64,000 nt of DNA, taken from Eledone cirrhosa (lineage: Eukaryota). Location of the stretch: the NCBI GenBank assembly GCA_964016885.1, contig OZ024742.1, positions 109,740,001-109,804,000 of the forward strand, given 5' to 3'. The notes under the pieces are model-generated. The model saw only the letters and a list, made by a program, of their open reading frames with translations, did not search any database and was not told the DNA's origin. The position numbers and the translations under genes were made by a program. Each line of letters begins with the position of its first letter. Positions within the stretch are counted from its first letter, which is position 1. Below are positions 15,226 to 29,111 of the stretch, piece by piece.

Positions 15226-15682
15226 CTCTAAACTCTCAACAGTCCAGTCCACCTGGATAAAACCAAGTACCAAGGAGTGAGATAACTCTGTAAAACTAAC
15301 AAGTGTTTGTTGACATTGTTGGATACAATCTTTCTATGAAGGCTAACAATGTTGAAAATGAAATACAATTTACAGTCACACATATGCAAGTTTAGCTGGC
15401 CTCCTACGAAGTGGCATCTGAAAAGAAGTTTCTTTGGTGTTTTAATATAGACCCTAGTCATACTGTGAATAGAAATGTAAAATGAAGAATATTGCTGAAG
15501 AACACAATGCCCCACTTTCACATCTATCCCCATCACTCCATAATTATGACTCAGCTGAAAACATTTCCTCAAATCATTTGAAATGTTCTCCTAAGCCTCA
15601 CACCTGCTTAATCTTTCCCCGCCAGAGAAAAATAATCTGTTCATCTTTTCAATAAGATTAAAGGAAGATGTTTCTTTAGTTG

Positions 15683-15799
<117 letters not shown>

Positions 15800-15989
15800 C
15801 ACACACACACACACACACACACTCATACACAAGGTGTCGAATTGCAAGAGAAATTAGAATGCTGGAGAGAATGAATACTTTGCAGTATTTGTTTCGGGCT
15901 TTTTTTGCACTTTGAGTTCAAATCCCACTGTCAACTTTACTGTTTTCCTGTTAAGGTCAATAGATAAAGCACTAGCCTATGAAATCTCT

Positions 15990-17740
15990 TCCAAGCCTTA
16001 CCAAGCTGAATAAGGACGATGGTGATGTACAAGAGCATTATGACAAAATATTAAAATTATAGATGCTACAAATGAGAAACTCTTAGCAAAGAAGAAAAAA
16101 AACTCAATAGATCAGTGAAAATAGCGAGAATCTTATTGAAAGGCATAAAGCAGCTAGGAAAAGATACCAGAACCATTGGAATCCAACAGAATATCGAATG
16201 TTGACATGCTGCAGAAGAGGCAGAAAAATCGATAGCTTCAGACAAACAGAATTACCTAACCTTTATTGGTGAATAAGCAAATGAAGCAGTCAGAACTGGC
16301 CGGATTGCTGAAGTCTACAGGATGATTTAGATACTTTACAACAAGTAATAGGTATGCTCTGCTTTACTTATCAACAAAATGGATTAACTATTAAGTGAGT
16401 AGGCTAAAAACTTTTCCAAACTTCTAAACCTGTGTTGCTCAGTTGAAACAACATACATTACCAGCTGCAGGACATGACATCCGCGCAAATTACTTTATCC
16501 TGGAAGAGCTGAACGACCTTAAACTTGGAAAAGCAAGTGAGATGGATAGATCGGTTAGACCAGAAGTTCTGAAGTTTGGTAGTCAAACCCTTCATCGGCA
16601 TCCCCTGGGTGTATGCAACAACATTTACAACAATCATAAACCACCAATGCAATGGAAGCAGAATGTTATCACCCCCATACCGAAAAAGTCATCCAAAAGA
16701 ATGTCAGACTTCAGAGGTAGCTCTATTGCAGCAAACGCTGACAATAAAATGTTAAACCACCTGTATCCGACTGTGAACGATAAGCTGAGACCATTTCAAT
16801 CTAGTTTCTGAAAAAAGCTGAAGCTGTGCAATGCAAATCTACATCTTAAGAAGATTATTAGAAGGTTTCTACCAGAAACAACTGTTAATTGTTGTCACGT
16901 TCTTAGACTTCAGCAAAGCCCTTTATTCGATAGACAGAAGTAAGATGTGAGTGATACTGCGTTATTATGGAGTACCAAATAAAATCATAGAAGCGATATC
17001 ATGTATCTACGAAGGTAGTGGAAGCTATGTCAAACTTGACCAAGAGCTAAGTGAATTCTTCAAAATCAAAACCAGAGTGCTCCAAGGAGGCACATTGACG
17101 CCACTTCTTTTCATCATTGTACTGAATTACGTCTTGGAAAACCCATAATACGGTCTGCAGATACATATAGATTACACACTCCCGGACTTGGATTTTGCAG
17201 ATGGTATTGCTCAGTTGAACTCTTCTGTAGAAGAAACTATCCAACACCTTCAGAGAATAGAAAAGAAAGCCCAACGAATTGAACTTAACATCAACCGTAC
17301 CAAACGATAGGGATAGGCCTTGACACCAACATAAGTGACATCCACATGCCTATTAACAGTATCATTGAAACTGTTGAAGACTTTAAGTATCTTGGCTCCA
17401 GAATCAGTTCTTCGTTTGATGATTTCAAACAACGACGTGCAATAGCCTTTGACAAATTCTGACAACTTCAAAATATAGAAATCAACCAGCATTACAGTGA
17501 ATCTAAAACTACAACTCTTTGATTCCCTCATCATTTCTATATTGTTTTATGGAGCTGAATCATGGACAGTCACCAAACGCATGGCAAGTGTGCGTTTTGG
17601 TACCACCTGTTACAGGTATATTTTCAGTATTAAGCGAACTGACCGTGCCGAAACAATGAGGATATTTTACAAATAGTCACCAGACAGCTACCGATCAAGA
17701 ATCATTACATACGACAGTTAAGAACTTTAGGATGTAGGGT
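15990..17740 (+). mobile_element. Degenerate RTE-group LINE
   Basis: Disrupted motifs PIPKK..SDFRG, FLDFSKA, YGVPNKII, VLQGGTLTPLLFIIVL, DLDFADG, FKYLGS and LFYGAESWT. Confidence 0.8.
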
Positions 17741-18029
17741 CTTTTCCTACTACATCATACGTTAAACTAATATATTCTTTCATTGTAATGTGTTGTTTGC
17801 TTTGTTGATTCTGTTTACTTCTTGCATACATACATATACAGGGGCGGTGGAAGCATTTCTGAATTAGGATGGGGTGCAAATTTGGTTAATTTAGTTGTAG
17901 CGATTAGTTTAGCTGTTATCAAATATCAACCAAGATATAAAAAAAACTTCGATATGCGATAGACATAACATGTACATAAATTGTAGCGCAAAAATATAAT
18001 TATTCTCTCTCTCTCTCTCCAAACTCTCT

Positions 18030-18066
18030 ATTTTCTGAAGAAGGACTTATGTCCGAAACGTCAAAT
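18030..18066 (+). ncRNA. Minimal type I hammerhead ribozyme core, Penelope-associated type
   Basis: ATTTT-CTGAAGA-a-GGAC-ttat-GTCC-GAAACGTC-AAAT: CUGANGA and GAAA boxes, 4-bp stem II, palindromic ACGT stem III, GUC triplet, very short stem I. Confidence 0.55.
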
Positions 18067-18179
18067 CCTCTTCTACTTCCTCTTAAGTATGATATTAATA
18101 CAACTTTGTGTTTATATATCGCTATATTTGTCTTAACATTTCTTTGGGAAAAAAAATATATATATATTCATTTTGTTAA

Positions 18180-18620
18180 GGCTGAATAGTGAGTCTTGTT
18201 AATCTGGAGTTTCGCCTGTTTATCACTTCGTGCCAACCCTTACCTACGGTCATCTTGAGTAATGACCGAAAGAATACGATCGCGAATACAAGAGGCCGAA
18301 ATGGGGTTCCTCCGAAGAGTCTTTAAAGTAACGTTACTCGATAGAGTTCGTAGCTCGAAGATCAGAGAGTCACTCCGAATTGAGAGACCACAGCTACGAT
18401 AATATAGGCATGTCGTTAGAATGTCTCAGGAAAAACACGCTGGACAGATTTTACGGGCAAAACCAGCCGGCAAGAGACACCCCCACCCCCTAGATAATAT
18501 CCATGGGGATCCAGCCAGATTAATTGGAGATGGTTGCATTTGACAGGACCCGCTGGAAGGATTGTTGGAGGACCCTCTCGGGAATAAGTGGACGAAGAAG
18601 AAGAAGAAGAAGAAGAAGAT
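18180..18620 (+). mobile_element. RTE/Expander-like LINE 3' fragment with (GAA)n tail
   Basis: Translates to MTERIRSRIQEAEMGFLRRV..LLDRVRSSKIRESL. Confidence 0.7.
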
Positions 18621-19207
18621 ATATCAATACAAACATCTATATACACTTTCTATTTAAGCTATTTATTTGTGTGTATTTATGTGTATACATATGTGTGTGT
18701 GTATAAATATATATATATTATAGAAATGGACTACAGGACTATGAAACAGTTCTATTCCTATATATATATATGTACATATACACACACACACACACTGATA
18801 CATAAATATATATTTCTATAAAAACATGTAGCATTATATTCATAGAAGAGTAGAAACAATGATATTGATATAAGACTAACAGACAACTGCCTATCGACCT
18901 TGTCAGCCACCTGCTGGCTGACAAGGTAGAATGCAGTGGTCTCTTAATCTTATGTAACCATTTTTTTCTGTGTGTGCATTTTCTGCTGATACATATATAA
19001 ATACATATATATACATATATACATGTATGTGTGTGTGTGTGCGATAGGTAGATTCCCGAAGGGGATCAGGAGTGAACACAGTTAAAGAATGTACTAAATA
19101 CGTTGGTAGACTATCAGCATCTTTATTTTATATAGAAATAATTCTACAGGACTAGAACTGTTTCATTCGGATGAAATCATCAGTTCTAGTCCTGTAGTCT
19201 ATTATTT

Positions 19208-19326
<119 letters not shown>

Positions 19327-19555
19327 CGATTGTGTTGTTATTTCTGTTTGTATATATATATATATATATATTCAATTTGTTAAGACTGAATAGTAAATCT
19401 TGTTAATCAGGAGTTTCGCCTGTTTATCACTTCGGGCCAACCCTATAATAAATGTTCGGTAAACCCATACGTACATATATATATATGTGTGCACGTATGT
19501 ATGTATATACATACTACTGTACCTCTGTATATATATATGTATATACGTATACATA

Positions 19556-19602
<47 letters not shown>

Positions 19603-19832
19603 ATAATAATTGTTTCTACGTTAGGCACAAGGCCAGCAATTATCCCAGTGCATTACTGGTACTTTATTTTATCGACCCCGTAAGGATGAAAGGCAAAGTT
19701 AACCTCGGCGGGGTTTGAACTCAATGTGAAGACTAAAATCCAAAGAGGGCTCGATAGGGATAAATATATATCAAATATATATATATATATATCAAATATA
19801 TATATATATATATATATCAAATATATATATAT

Positions 19833-19883
<51 letters not shown>

Positions 19884-19909
19884 AATATATATATATATAT
19901 GTGTGTGTG

Positions 19910-20105
19910 TGTGGAGGCGTGTGGCTGAGTGGGAAGAGAATTGGATTCGCAATCGTGAGGTTATGAGTTCGATTCCTGGACCAGGCGATGCGTTATGTCC
20001 TTGAGCAAGAGCCTTTATTTCACGTTGCTTCTTCTACCCGGAGTTGCGACCGATAGAAAGACCAGCGGAAACATTGTTTCCTCGGTCAGATTTGACGAAA
20101 GTCGA
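19910..20105 (+). mobile_element. SINE family B copy
   Basis: tRNA-like head plus TGTCCTTGAGCAAG core; close match to 38132-38358 on the opposite strand. Confidence 0.8.
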
Positions 20106-20129
20106 TATGTATATATATATATATATATA

Positions 20130-21545
20130 ATCGTCTTTACGTCTGTTCTTCCATGCGTGCATGGGTTGACCGGGACCTTTTCAGCACGTCTCTCCACTCT
20201 TCGCGTTCCTTCGTTATTTCCACCGTGAGTTTCAGCGATTTAAGATCAGCTCTCACCACCTCGCCCCAGATCTTCCTTGGTCTGCCTCTCCCATGGCTTC
20301 TTTCCACTGGGATTTCCTGGCACTTCTTCACCCACCGATCATCATCCATGCACATCACATGTCCGTACAAACGCAGTGTTCTCTCTTGCACTCCACTTCT
20401 TATTCCTCTTAAATCTAGTTTCTCCCTCAGTCTATCCAAACTCCGCCCTTCTCTCACATTTACATTGCACATCCAATGAAGCATGGTTGTTTCATTTCTC
20501 TCCAGCCTACGCATGTCATCTGCAGTCATTGTAGTATTACATATAGCGTCCTTTCTACGTAGGGAGAAACCTTTGGTTGTCAACAGTGGGAGTAGCTCTC
20601 AAAACTTCTTCCATGCTATCCTTATACTAGCTATTATGCTCTCATAGAACCTTCCTCCGCTGCTAATTAGGTCACCTAGGTAGCAGAAGCTATCAACCAT
20701 TCCTATGGATCTTCATGTGATTGGAAAAGGTTTATATCACTGGCTTTCTTTCTATCGATTACCTCTGTGCATCTAATACATACGAAGACCTTTGTTTCCT
20801 GCTAATCTGCTGTCTATCCTACAACACCCTTGCGTCCCCAAGATTTGCATTGTGCGCATCGTATAGAGTTTCTAACTTCTCCTTTTTTAGATATCGAGCA
20901 ATACAATTTGGTTAATGGGATCTGCTTACCAACATTTTAGATTTTTCTAAGTTTACGCTCAACCCTTTCGATTGTAAATTGTTTCTATAGTCAAAACTTA
21001 TTCTCTAATTCTTTTAAGGATTCAGCAATACGGAGCAGATCATACACATAGAGAATTTCCCCATAGACAGCCAGACTTAAACTCTTCTGTTATGGCCTGG
21101 AGAACAGAAGTGGGCAAAGGACCGAGCTTTGATGAACTCCTACCTGTACCTTAAATTCCTCACTAAATGCATTTCTTTCTCTCACTTTACTGACAGCTCC
21201 TCTGTACATGGCTTGCACTTCCCACACAAACCATTTTTCTACACTTAATGTTTTTTAGTACCACTAGATAACAGGTCAAGTTACTCTCAAAGGCTATTTA
21301 TAGATTTTAATAATGGGTTAAATGTAGCGGCTTATTCTTGGCTTGGGACTATTCTTGTAGTTGCCTCATTAAGAAGAGGGCATCTGGAATACTTTTCCCA
21401 GGTATAGAACCGAAATGTATCTCGTCTAATTTGACTTTTTCCTTAATTAGCTGTTCTTGTACTCTTTCCATTACTTTCATAACTTGGTCGATTAATTTCA
21501 TTCCACTAGCTACCCAACTACCGTTCGCAGCATTAAAATGACTAG
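20130..21545 (-). mobile_element. Degenerate RTE LINE, RT to C-terminus
   Basis: HFGSIPGKSIPDALFLMRQLQE; RLERNETTMLHWMCNV; RLYGHV; GRGRPRKIW. Confidence 0.85.
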
Positions 21546-23739
21546 AGTTAGTCCTGTATACACAATTAATGTGAATCTTATGTTGTGCTTTACATAATGT
21601 TGGCAGGGTTTTTTTCTGGCTGGATGCCCTCCCTATCAGCAACTACTTTACAGCGTGAGCTGGGTGCATTATTCGTGCAACTAGCACTAGAGATTATCTT
21701 ACTGGACTCGTGAATCCTCTCCATCTTTTATCAGTTTTTAATCGGAGTCACTGCCCTCCTAGACGGGTTGCCTTCACTACGACTTACAGAGTCTTCGTCT
21801 GTCCCATGCAGTCGTTTTCAACCAGTCTCTCCCAATCTAGACGGTCAGCTTTCTCAATGCATTGCAAAGCTCAACATATGCCCCGTGCAATATTATTTTA
21901 CTTGAAACGACTGCTCTCCTTGACATTCATCTACACTGGGAAGCCATGGGAGGTAACTCATGCATCCTAAGCATCTTTCGTTGGCTTTTCCAAGAGTAAT
22001 TACGGTCCAGAGTAGTGAATCGACATTAGTCATGTGAGAGAGTCTGAAAAGCAACGGACCGGAAGGTGTTGAAAAAGAAGTGGTAGGATACGGTGACGAT
22101 GGAGCACGTCGCTAGAGTATGGAGGCGAACATTTAAAGGCAAAGTAGGTGGGGAAAGCACTTATGAAATAAAATATAAAAAGATCTTAGCTCATTCATTT
22201 CCTGTGTGAAAACACCATCTACTGCTGATCAAGTTGTTATATTTATACATATAATTGTGTGTGTGTGTGTGTGTGTGTGTTTGTGTGTTTGTGCGTGTCC
22301 AACTGTACATAGGAAAGGGAAAATGGACAAAAAAGGGCATCTATGTTTTTCATCAGCCACTTTCTGGAAAAGATCACTGCAACTTTGTAACGTTAAGGTG
22401 AGATCACTACTTTATTTCCATTTGTGCAATGCTTAACAACAAAGCAACGACTGAGGAAATGTGTGTTAGAAATATCATTATCATCATTTTACAAGAGCCT
22501 TCCATGTTGGCATGGGTTGGGTGGGTTGGCACAGCCTGAAACAAGCTGGATTGGAGAAACCTTGTCATGCTAATATGTTCTATATTTAGCATGGTTTTAC
22601 AGTTGGATACTCTTCCTAAAGCCAACCACCTTACAGCATATACTGGGGGAATTTTATTATGACTCCAGTACCACCCCTATGCAGAATGTATTGGTTGCAA
22701 TTTAACATGGCACCAGCACTATCATTTTACTGAGTGTACTGGATACATTTTAACTTGGCACCAACACTGGGGCAACTGTTGTGCTCTCAGTTGGGCTATA
22801 AGTGGCATTGATGGCACAGAGGAAGTGTAGATGAAAAAAATCAAACACAGAGGAGGAATGTCTTTAATCATAAATATACTTGATCAGGGCCAAACAGCAA
22901 CAACATCAGCAACATCAAAAATGACACCTACATCAATAACAGCAACAACATCAACTACAGCAACAGTAACAACAACTACAGTATAAACAACAACTACATC
23001 AACAACAGCTACATCAGCATGAACTAAATGAACAACAAAAATAGCATCTTCTCCTGTGTGTTCAATGCTTTATTTGGTTGGAGTGGATCTTGCATATTTT
23101 GAGGAATCCTTAATTCATTCTGGTAAAAGAGTTCATTTCTGGTAGTGCTAAGTCCATGAGGGACTCAAGCTGGAATTGTCAAAGTTAAAAAAATAGATGA
23201 CATCTGTACACACACCCATGTGACAAAGAAAGAACTTAATGCCTCAGGTGTTAGACTTTACAAAAAAAGTATTTCAAACCAAAATCAAATCCCATCTAAA
23301 ATGTTGGATAGAAAAAAGATCTCTTCTTCCCAACATGAGGCCTCAATACAAAGCAGAGTTCATTATTCATTGGCAGTGGGAACACTATGGACTTGACAAG
23401 TGTTTGGTTAATTTGACAGTATTGAAATGAATTGAATGAATGTGATTAAAATGGTATGGGTGGGGGAAAATGCTAATTTGACCCAACATTATGAAACATG
23501 ATCATATAGAGAGGAACTGGAAAAACTTCATCGAAGAATCTCATCCCCAAAATATTACAGAAATGGATTCATAAAAATTATAAAACAAATTTTAAAAAAC
23601 CTAATTCGTTATGACCTGAAATTGATGGAAGACATATTTATGTCAACCTAATTGCACTACTAGTCCAATTACACCATTGATCTAGTTCTGTTGGTCACAC
23701 TGCTATATAATTAACCACTTTGTATTATTTTTTACCAAG

Positions 23740-24217
23740 TCATGTCACTGACCCAGTTTTATCATTGACCTTATTACAGTGTGGATGTTATCAGGTAACT
23801 GACCCAGTTATGTCACTGGCCCAGTTTTATGTCACTAACCTAGTTTTGTCATTGACCTTATTACATTGTTGACCTCATTGTGCCACTGACCAAGGTAAAT
23901 CAGTAACATAGTTATGTCATCTTTGGCCCCTTGCTTTTGACTCCATTACATTGCTGGCCTAGTTACATTAATGCCTCCGTTTCATCAATGGCTTTCTTAC
24001 ATTGTAACATTCCATGCTACATCAATGACCTTCTTATATGTTGAACCTTGATACAACAGATGTTACAACAGAAATCTTATTGCAACAACCTTGTTACATC
24101 ATAGAACTTGTTACATATTGGGTTATATTACATCATAGAACGTGTTACATCTTGAACCATGTTACATCATAGAACTTGATACATCTTGAACCATGTTACA
24201 TTGGAGAACTTGTTACA
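23740..24217. repeat. Degenerate ~18-nt tandem repeats in the presumed XPA 3' UTR
   Basis: TGTTACATCATAGAACT-type units at 24040-24217 and TGTCACTGACCCAGTT-type units at 23740-23900. Confidence 0.75.
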
Positions 24218-24364
24218 TTTTCTCATAACTCATAACATTTCCACAAGTTGCGCAAGTCTTTGAATACATATCATCTTCTTCATTATAGCTCTCTTCGCCA
24301 TAACTATGTTCATGTATTGAAGTCTGTTTCTGCCACAAACTGCTCCGCACCGACATTCTTAATT
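24213..24364 (-). CDS. XPA: XPA exon 7 (last), C-terminal region
   Basis: AG acceptor, phase 1; ELRMSVRSSLWQKQTSIHEHSYGEE..DDMYSKTCATCGNVMSYEKM* matches the XPA C-terminus. Confidence 0.95.
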
Positions 24365-25130
24365 CTAGAACAAAGCATTTTAGAAAAAAAAAAGATAAAA
24401 TAATGTCAAGAACTTCATCATAAGCAGAAGATATTCAGCATCATAATTACCAAAAAGGTTAGTTCTATAAGAAAGAATGAATACCCAGCAGGTCAAATCA
24501 TAAAGTTACTGGGCAGGCTAAAAGCCTTCAACTGGTATTATTAGTGGTACTAAATTATATATATCTCTGGTACCTTGTTGATAGCATTTATATCTCTCAA
24601 TACATATATATATGTATATGTGCACGCATGTGTAAATGCATGTGTGAATGCATGTGTATACATATATATATATATATACACACTGGACCGAGACCTTTGG
24701 CGGTACTCAGTAATAGAGAAGACCCGCCTTGCCAGTAGGCATCTCTAACAAAATACACCCCGTCCCACCACCACCACCCCCACCCCATCCACACCACCCC
24801 GTTCTATGTAAAGTTATGTTGGTGCCGCGCCATCCAGGCCGAAACAAATGAGATCGTGTAGGTGTCACGACAAAAAATCACACAGTCCACGCTGTAATGT
24901 GGCCGTGTAGGCAACACGGTAAAAACCTCCCAGACACACACTGTAAATGTGGTTGGTGTTAGGAAGGGCATCCAACTGTAGAAAACCTGCCAGACAGTCC
25001 TATGCGAGCAAGAAAATCACTCTTGCCTCAAGTGGGAAAACCCCCGTCCAAACCCATGCAAGCGTGGAACACGGACGTTAAACGTTGATGATGATGATGA
25101 TGATGATACACACACAAATGCATTCATCCA

Positions 25131-25163
<33 letters not shown>

Positions 25164-25360
25164 TGTACTGGGGTCGATTCTTCCACTATATCTCTTTCTT
25201 ACTTCCATCCTCTCACACTCTCTATCCTTCTCTGGAAGAAATCTGCTGTACTCAGACCTGGAGAGGGATGAGCTCTGCCAGGCTTAAAATGCCCAAGAAA
25301 CATCATATGTCAATACAGCACCCCTACAACTCCCTCAGGAGTTACGGGACCATACCATAC

Positions 25361-25409
<49 letters not shown>

Positions 25410-25412
<3 letters not shown>

Positions 25413-25616
25413 CGAAGGAGTTATGGTAAGGAACCAGATGGACCATAACGCACCAGAGTACTCAATACTTAGGGTAATAGTGGGTAATACTTAGGGTAGA
25501 GTGGGTAATAGGAAAATGTATGACCCCGACGGCAGAGCTCAAGCTGTTTCGACAGCTATTTCTGGAAATAGCCATCGAAACGGCTTGAGCTCTGCCGTCG
25601 GGGTCATACATTTTCA
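25410..25616. mobile_element. Penelope-like relic ending in a ~105-nt near-perfect palindrome (25512-25616)
   Basis: Homologous to 13816-14100 in the opposite orientation. Confidence 0.55.
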
Positions 25617-26718
25617 TACATTACATTATGGAGACATATGGCTTAGTGGTTAGAGCATTGGCCTTGCAATCGAAAGGTTGTGAGTTCAATTCTCAGACCG
25701 GGTGATGTGTTGTTTCCTTGAGCAAGGCACTTTATTTCACATTGCTCCAGTTTACTCAGCTGTAGAAATGAGATGATAGGGACTGAGGTCCCTATCATTC
25801 CACTGCAAAGTGGTCGTGGAGGTGCCACAGCAAAAAAGCACCCAGCACTCACTGTAAATGAGGTTGGTGTTAGGAAGGGCATCCAGCTGTAGAAATCAAG
25901 CCAGAATCAGTTCCCGTCCCACCCTTGCAAGCAGGGAAAAAGCGGACGTAAAATGAAATGATGATGATGATGATTATCATATATTTTGTCTGATGAGGAC
26001 ATACTGAAAAAAAACAACACAGTACCTTTGAAATATATATAATAAAGTATATATTTTGATTATGAGAATATTTTTCATTTGTTAACATTTTGAATAATAT
26101 TAAAAACTCCAGGAAAACATTCTTGTTGAGTGCTTCTAATCTATTGTAAAATTGTATTCGTTGAGTAATCAACGAACCATACTAATCTTTGGTCATATAT
26201 ATATATATTGAGATGTGTGCTACAAGCCGAAGTGTATGATAAAATTATATCTGTATAAATACAGACTGTACCAAAATGTATAAATATATACACATATCTA
26301 TGATAATATGTAGGTATGTAGACATGCCAGAAAATACGAATTTCCCTGTAAATTGAAAAATAACCCATGCTAGCATGGAAGATGGACGTTAAACGATGAT
26401 GATAATGATGATGATTTTTAATCAATTTTAGATCTAATTGGACCCTCATCAGAAAACGTGTGTATCATCCAATCATGTATATACCCATTTGCTCTAAGTA
26501 TCATTCTGATATATATATATATATATATACTGTAAATGTGGTTGGTGTTAGGAAGGGCATCCAACTGTAGAAAACCTGCCAGACAGTCCTATGCGAGCAA
26601 GACAATCACTCTTGCCTCAAGTGGGACTACCCCCGTCCAAACCCATGCAAGCGTGGAACACGGACGTTAAACGTTGATGATGATGATGATGATGATGATA
26701 TATATATATATATATATA

Positions 26719-28001
26719 GTGGACAGCTTCCGTTACCTGGGTGACAAAATCAGCAGTGGGGGAGGGTGCTCTGAAAGTACAGTAGCTAGAGTCAGAACTG
26801 GATGGAAAAAATGAAAGGCAGGTTGTATGATGCCTGCATACGAACAGCAATGTTGCATGGCAGTGAGACCTGGGCATTGTGTGCAGAGGATATACGCAGA
26901 CTAGAGAGGAACGAAGCTTGCATGCTCCGCTGGATGTGTAATAGTAATATACGTGAACGGCAAAGCATAAACGAACTAAGGAAAAAATTAGAAATAAGAG
27001 GGATCAGATGTTGTTTACTCGAGAGAAGGCTACGTTGGTATGGTCACGTGATGCACATGAAAGACGATAGCTGTATAACAAAGTGCAGGGCAATAAAGAT
27101 AGACGGTAGCCACGGAATAGGCAGACCCAGAAAAACCTGGGACGAGCTGATAAATTCCGACCTCACACACTTACACCTCTCCAAGACAATGTCACTGGAC
27201 CGAGACCTTTGGCGGTACTCAGTAATAGAGAAGACCCGCCTTACCTAAATACAAAGTAAAACCTACTACAGTCAGTAGGCATCATCATCATCATCATCAT
27301 CATCAACGTTTAACGTCCGTGTTCCACGCTTGCATGGGTTTGGACGGGGGTAGTCCCACTTGAGGCAAGAGTGATTGTCTTGCTCGCATAGGACTGTCTG
27401 GCAGGTTTTCTACAGTTGGATGCCCTTCCTAACACCAACCACATTTACAGTGTGGGTCTGGGAGGTTTTTACCGTGTTGCCTACACGGCCACATTACAGC
27501 GTGGACTGTGTGTTTTTTTGTCGTGACACCTACACGATCTCATTTGTTTCGGCCTCGATGGCGCGGCACCAACATAACTTTACATAGAACGGGGTGGTGT
27601 GGATGGGGTGGGGGTGGTGGTGGTGGGACGGGGTGTATTTTGTTAGAGATGCCTACTGGCTGGAGTAAACAAAATACACCCCCACCCCATCCACACCGCC
27701 CCTTTCAATGTGAAGTTATGTTGGTGCCACAACATCCAGGCCGAAACAAATGAGATCGTGTAGGTGTCACGACAAAAAAACACACAGTTCACGCTGTAAT
27801 GTGGCCGTGTAGGCAACACGGTAAAAACCTCCCAGCCCCACACTGTAAATGTGGTTGGTGTTAGGAAGGGCATCCAGCTGTAGAAAACCCGCCAGATAGT
27901 CCTATGCGAGCAAGATAATCACTCTTGCCTCAAGTGGGAAAACCCCCGTCCAAACCCATGCCATAGTGGAACACGGACGTTAAACGTTGATGATGATGAT
28001 G

Positions 28002-28003
<2 letters not shown>
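26719..28003 (+). mobile_element. 5'-truncated RTE LINE with an inverted extra 3' UTR copy (27281-27660)
   Basis: ORF LHGSETW..RLRWYGHV..GRPRKTW is nearly identical to 42820-43398; (GAT)n tail. Further 3'-end copies at 24682-25107 and 26529-26698. Confidence 0.9.
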
Positions 28004-28064
<61 letters not shown>

Positions 28065-28393
28065 CTTGCTAGCAGAGAAAACAGATGGTAAATGATGATG
28101 AACACATATATATAGTGTGAAAAGGCACTATTGCCGAAACTTCAACGTCCCTGCTACCTTATATCATTCTGAAAATAAAGATTATACTCAACTTACATGT
28201 ATTCAGTGTGCATTCAGTTGATATTGACCCTGTGTGTGTGTGATACTTCCTATGTATAAAATACATAGAATGTATTACACAAACACATTACTGAGTGTGC
28301 TGGGTACATTGTATCATGGCACTAGCACAGCTAAACAACAACAACAGATAAGAAAAAGAGTAAAGTCCAAATAAAGGAAGAAAAAGCTGCAAC

Positions 28394-28511
28394 CTTTCAT
28401 TTTCTTGTTGAATTTCTTCTTTTTCATGTTATCACGTTTCTCTATTTTAGCTTCTTTGGCTGCTTCTAACTTTTCGTCTGATTCCCAGACTTCAATCGCA
28501 CGACTTTTCAC
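28394..28511 (-). CDS. XPA: XPA exon 6
   Basis: AG/GT bounded, 118 nt; VKSRAIEVWESDEKLEAAKEAKIEKRDNMKKKKFNKKMK. Confidence 0.95.
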
Positions 28512-28610
28512 CTGTTCAAACAAAAATGGAAAAGATATATTTCATACAAACATTTTTAGCCGCAATAGTCTCATCCTGTCTCTCTCTATATATATATATA
28601 TATATATAAA

Positions 28611-29111
28611 CAGTTGTCCCCTGGTATTCACGGATGTTATGTTTCTAGAGCACCCACGAAGAGTGAAAAACCACAAATATTGGACGTGGAACATAATAAA
28701 AGCCAATAAACATCAAAATATAATGTAATCTATAATAAAAACAGAGGGAGCATCTTATGTGAAGGGGTGTCCAATAGGCTGGCAAGTACGGTATATTGTT
28801 ATTAATAATTTTTTTTTGGTGTTAAAAATATATGTATTGCCACAACAAAAGCCATTAAAAAAATCGCAGATATTTACAATTCTGTGAATATGCAGTGATT
28901 TCCATGAACAATTATTAGTTAGATTCAAAAGAAAATTCCACGAATAAGCAGGACCGCGAATGGCAGGACCGCGAATGGCGGGACCGCGAATGTCGGGACC
29001 GCGAATGTCGGGACCACGAATGGCGGGACCGCGAATGTCGGGACCACGAATGGCGGGACCGCGAATGTCGGGACCACGAATGGCGGGACCGCGAATGCCG
29101 GAGGTTCACTT
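28611..29111. mobile_element. pogo/Tigger-like MITE with a 15-bp subterminal array
   Basis: Begins CAGTTGTCCCCTGGTATTCACGG and ends CCGCGAATGCCGGAGGTTCACT in TA-rich context; ten GGACC(G/A)CGAATG(G/T)CG units at 28950-29100. Confidence 0.6.
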
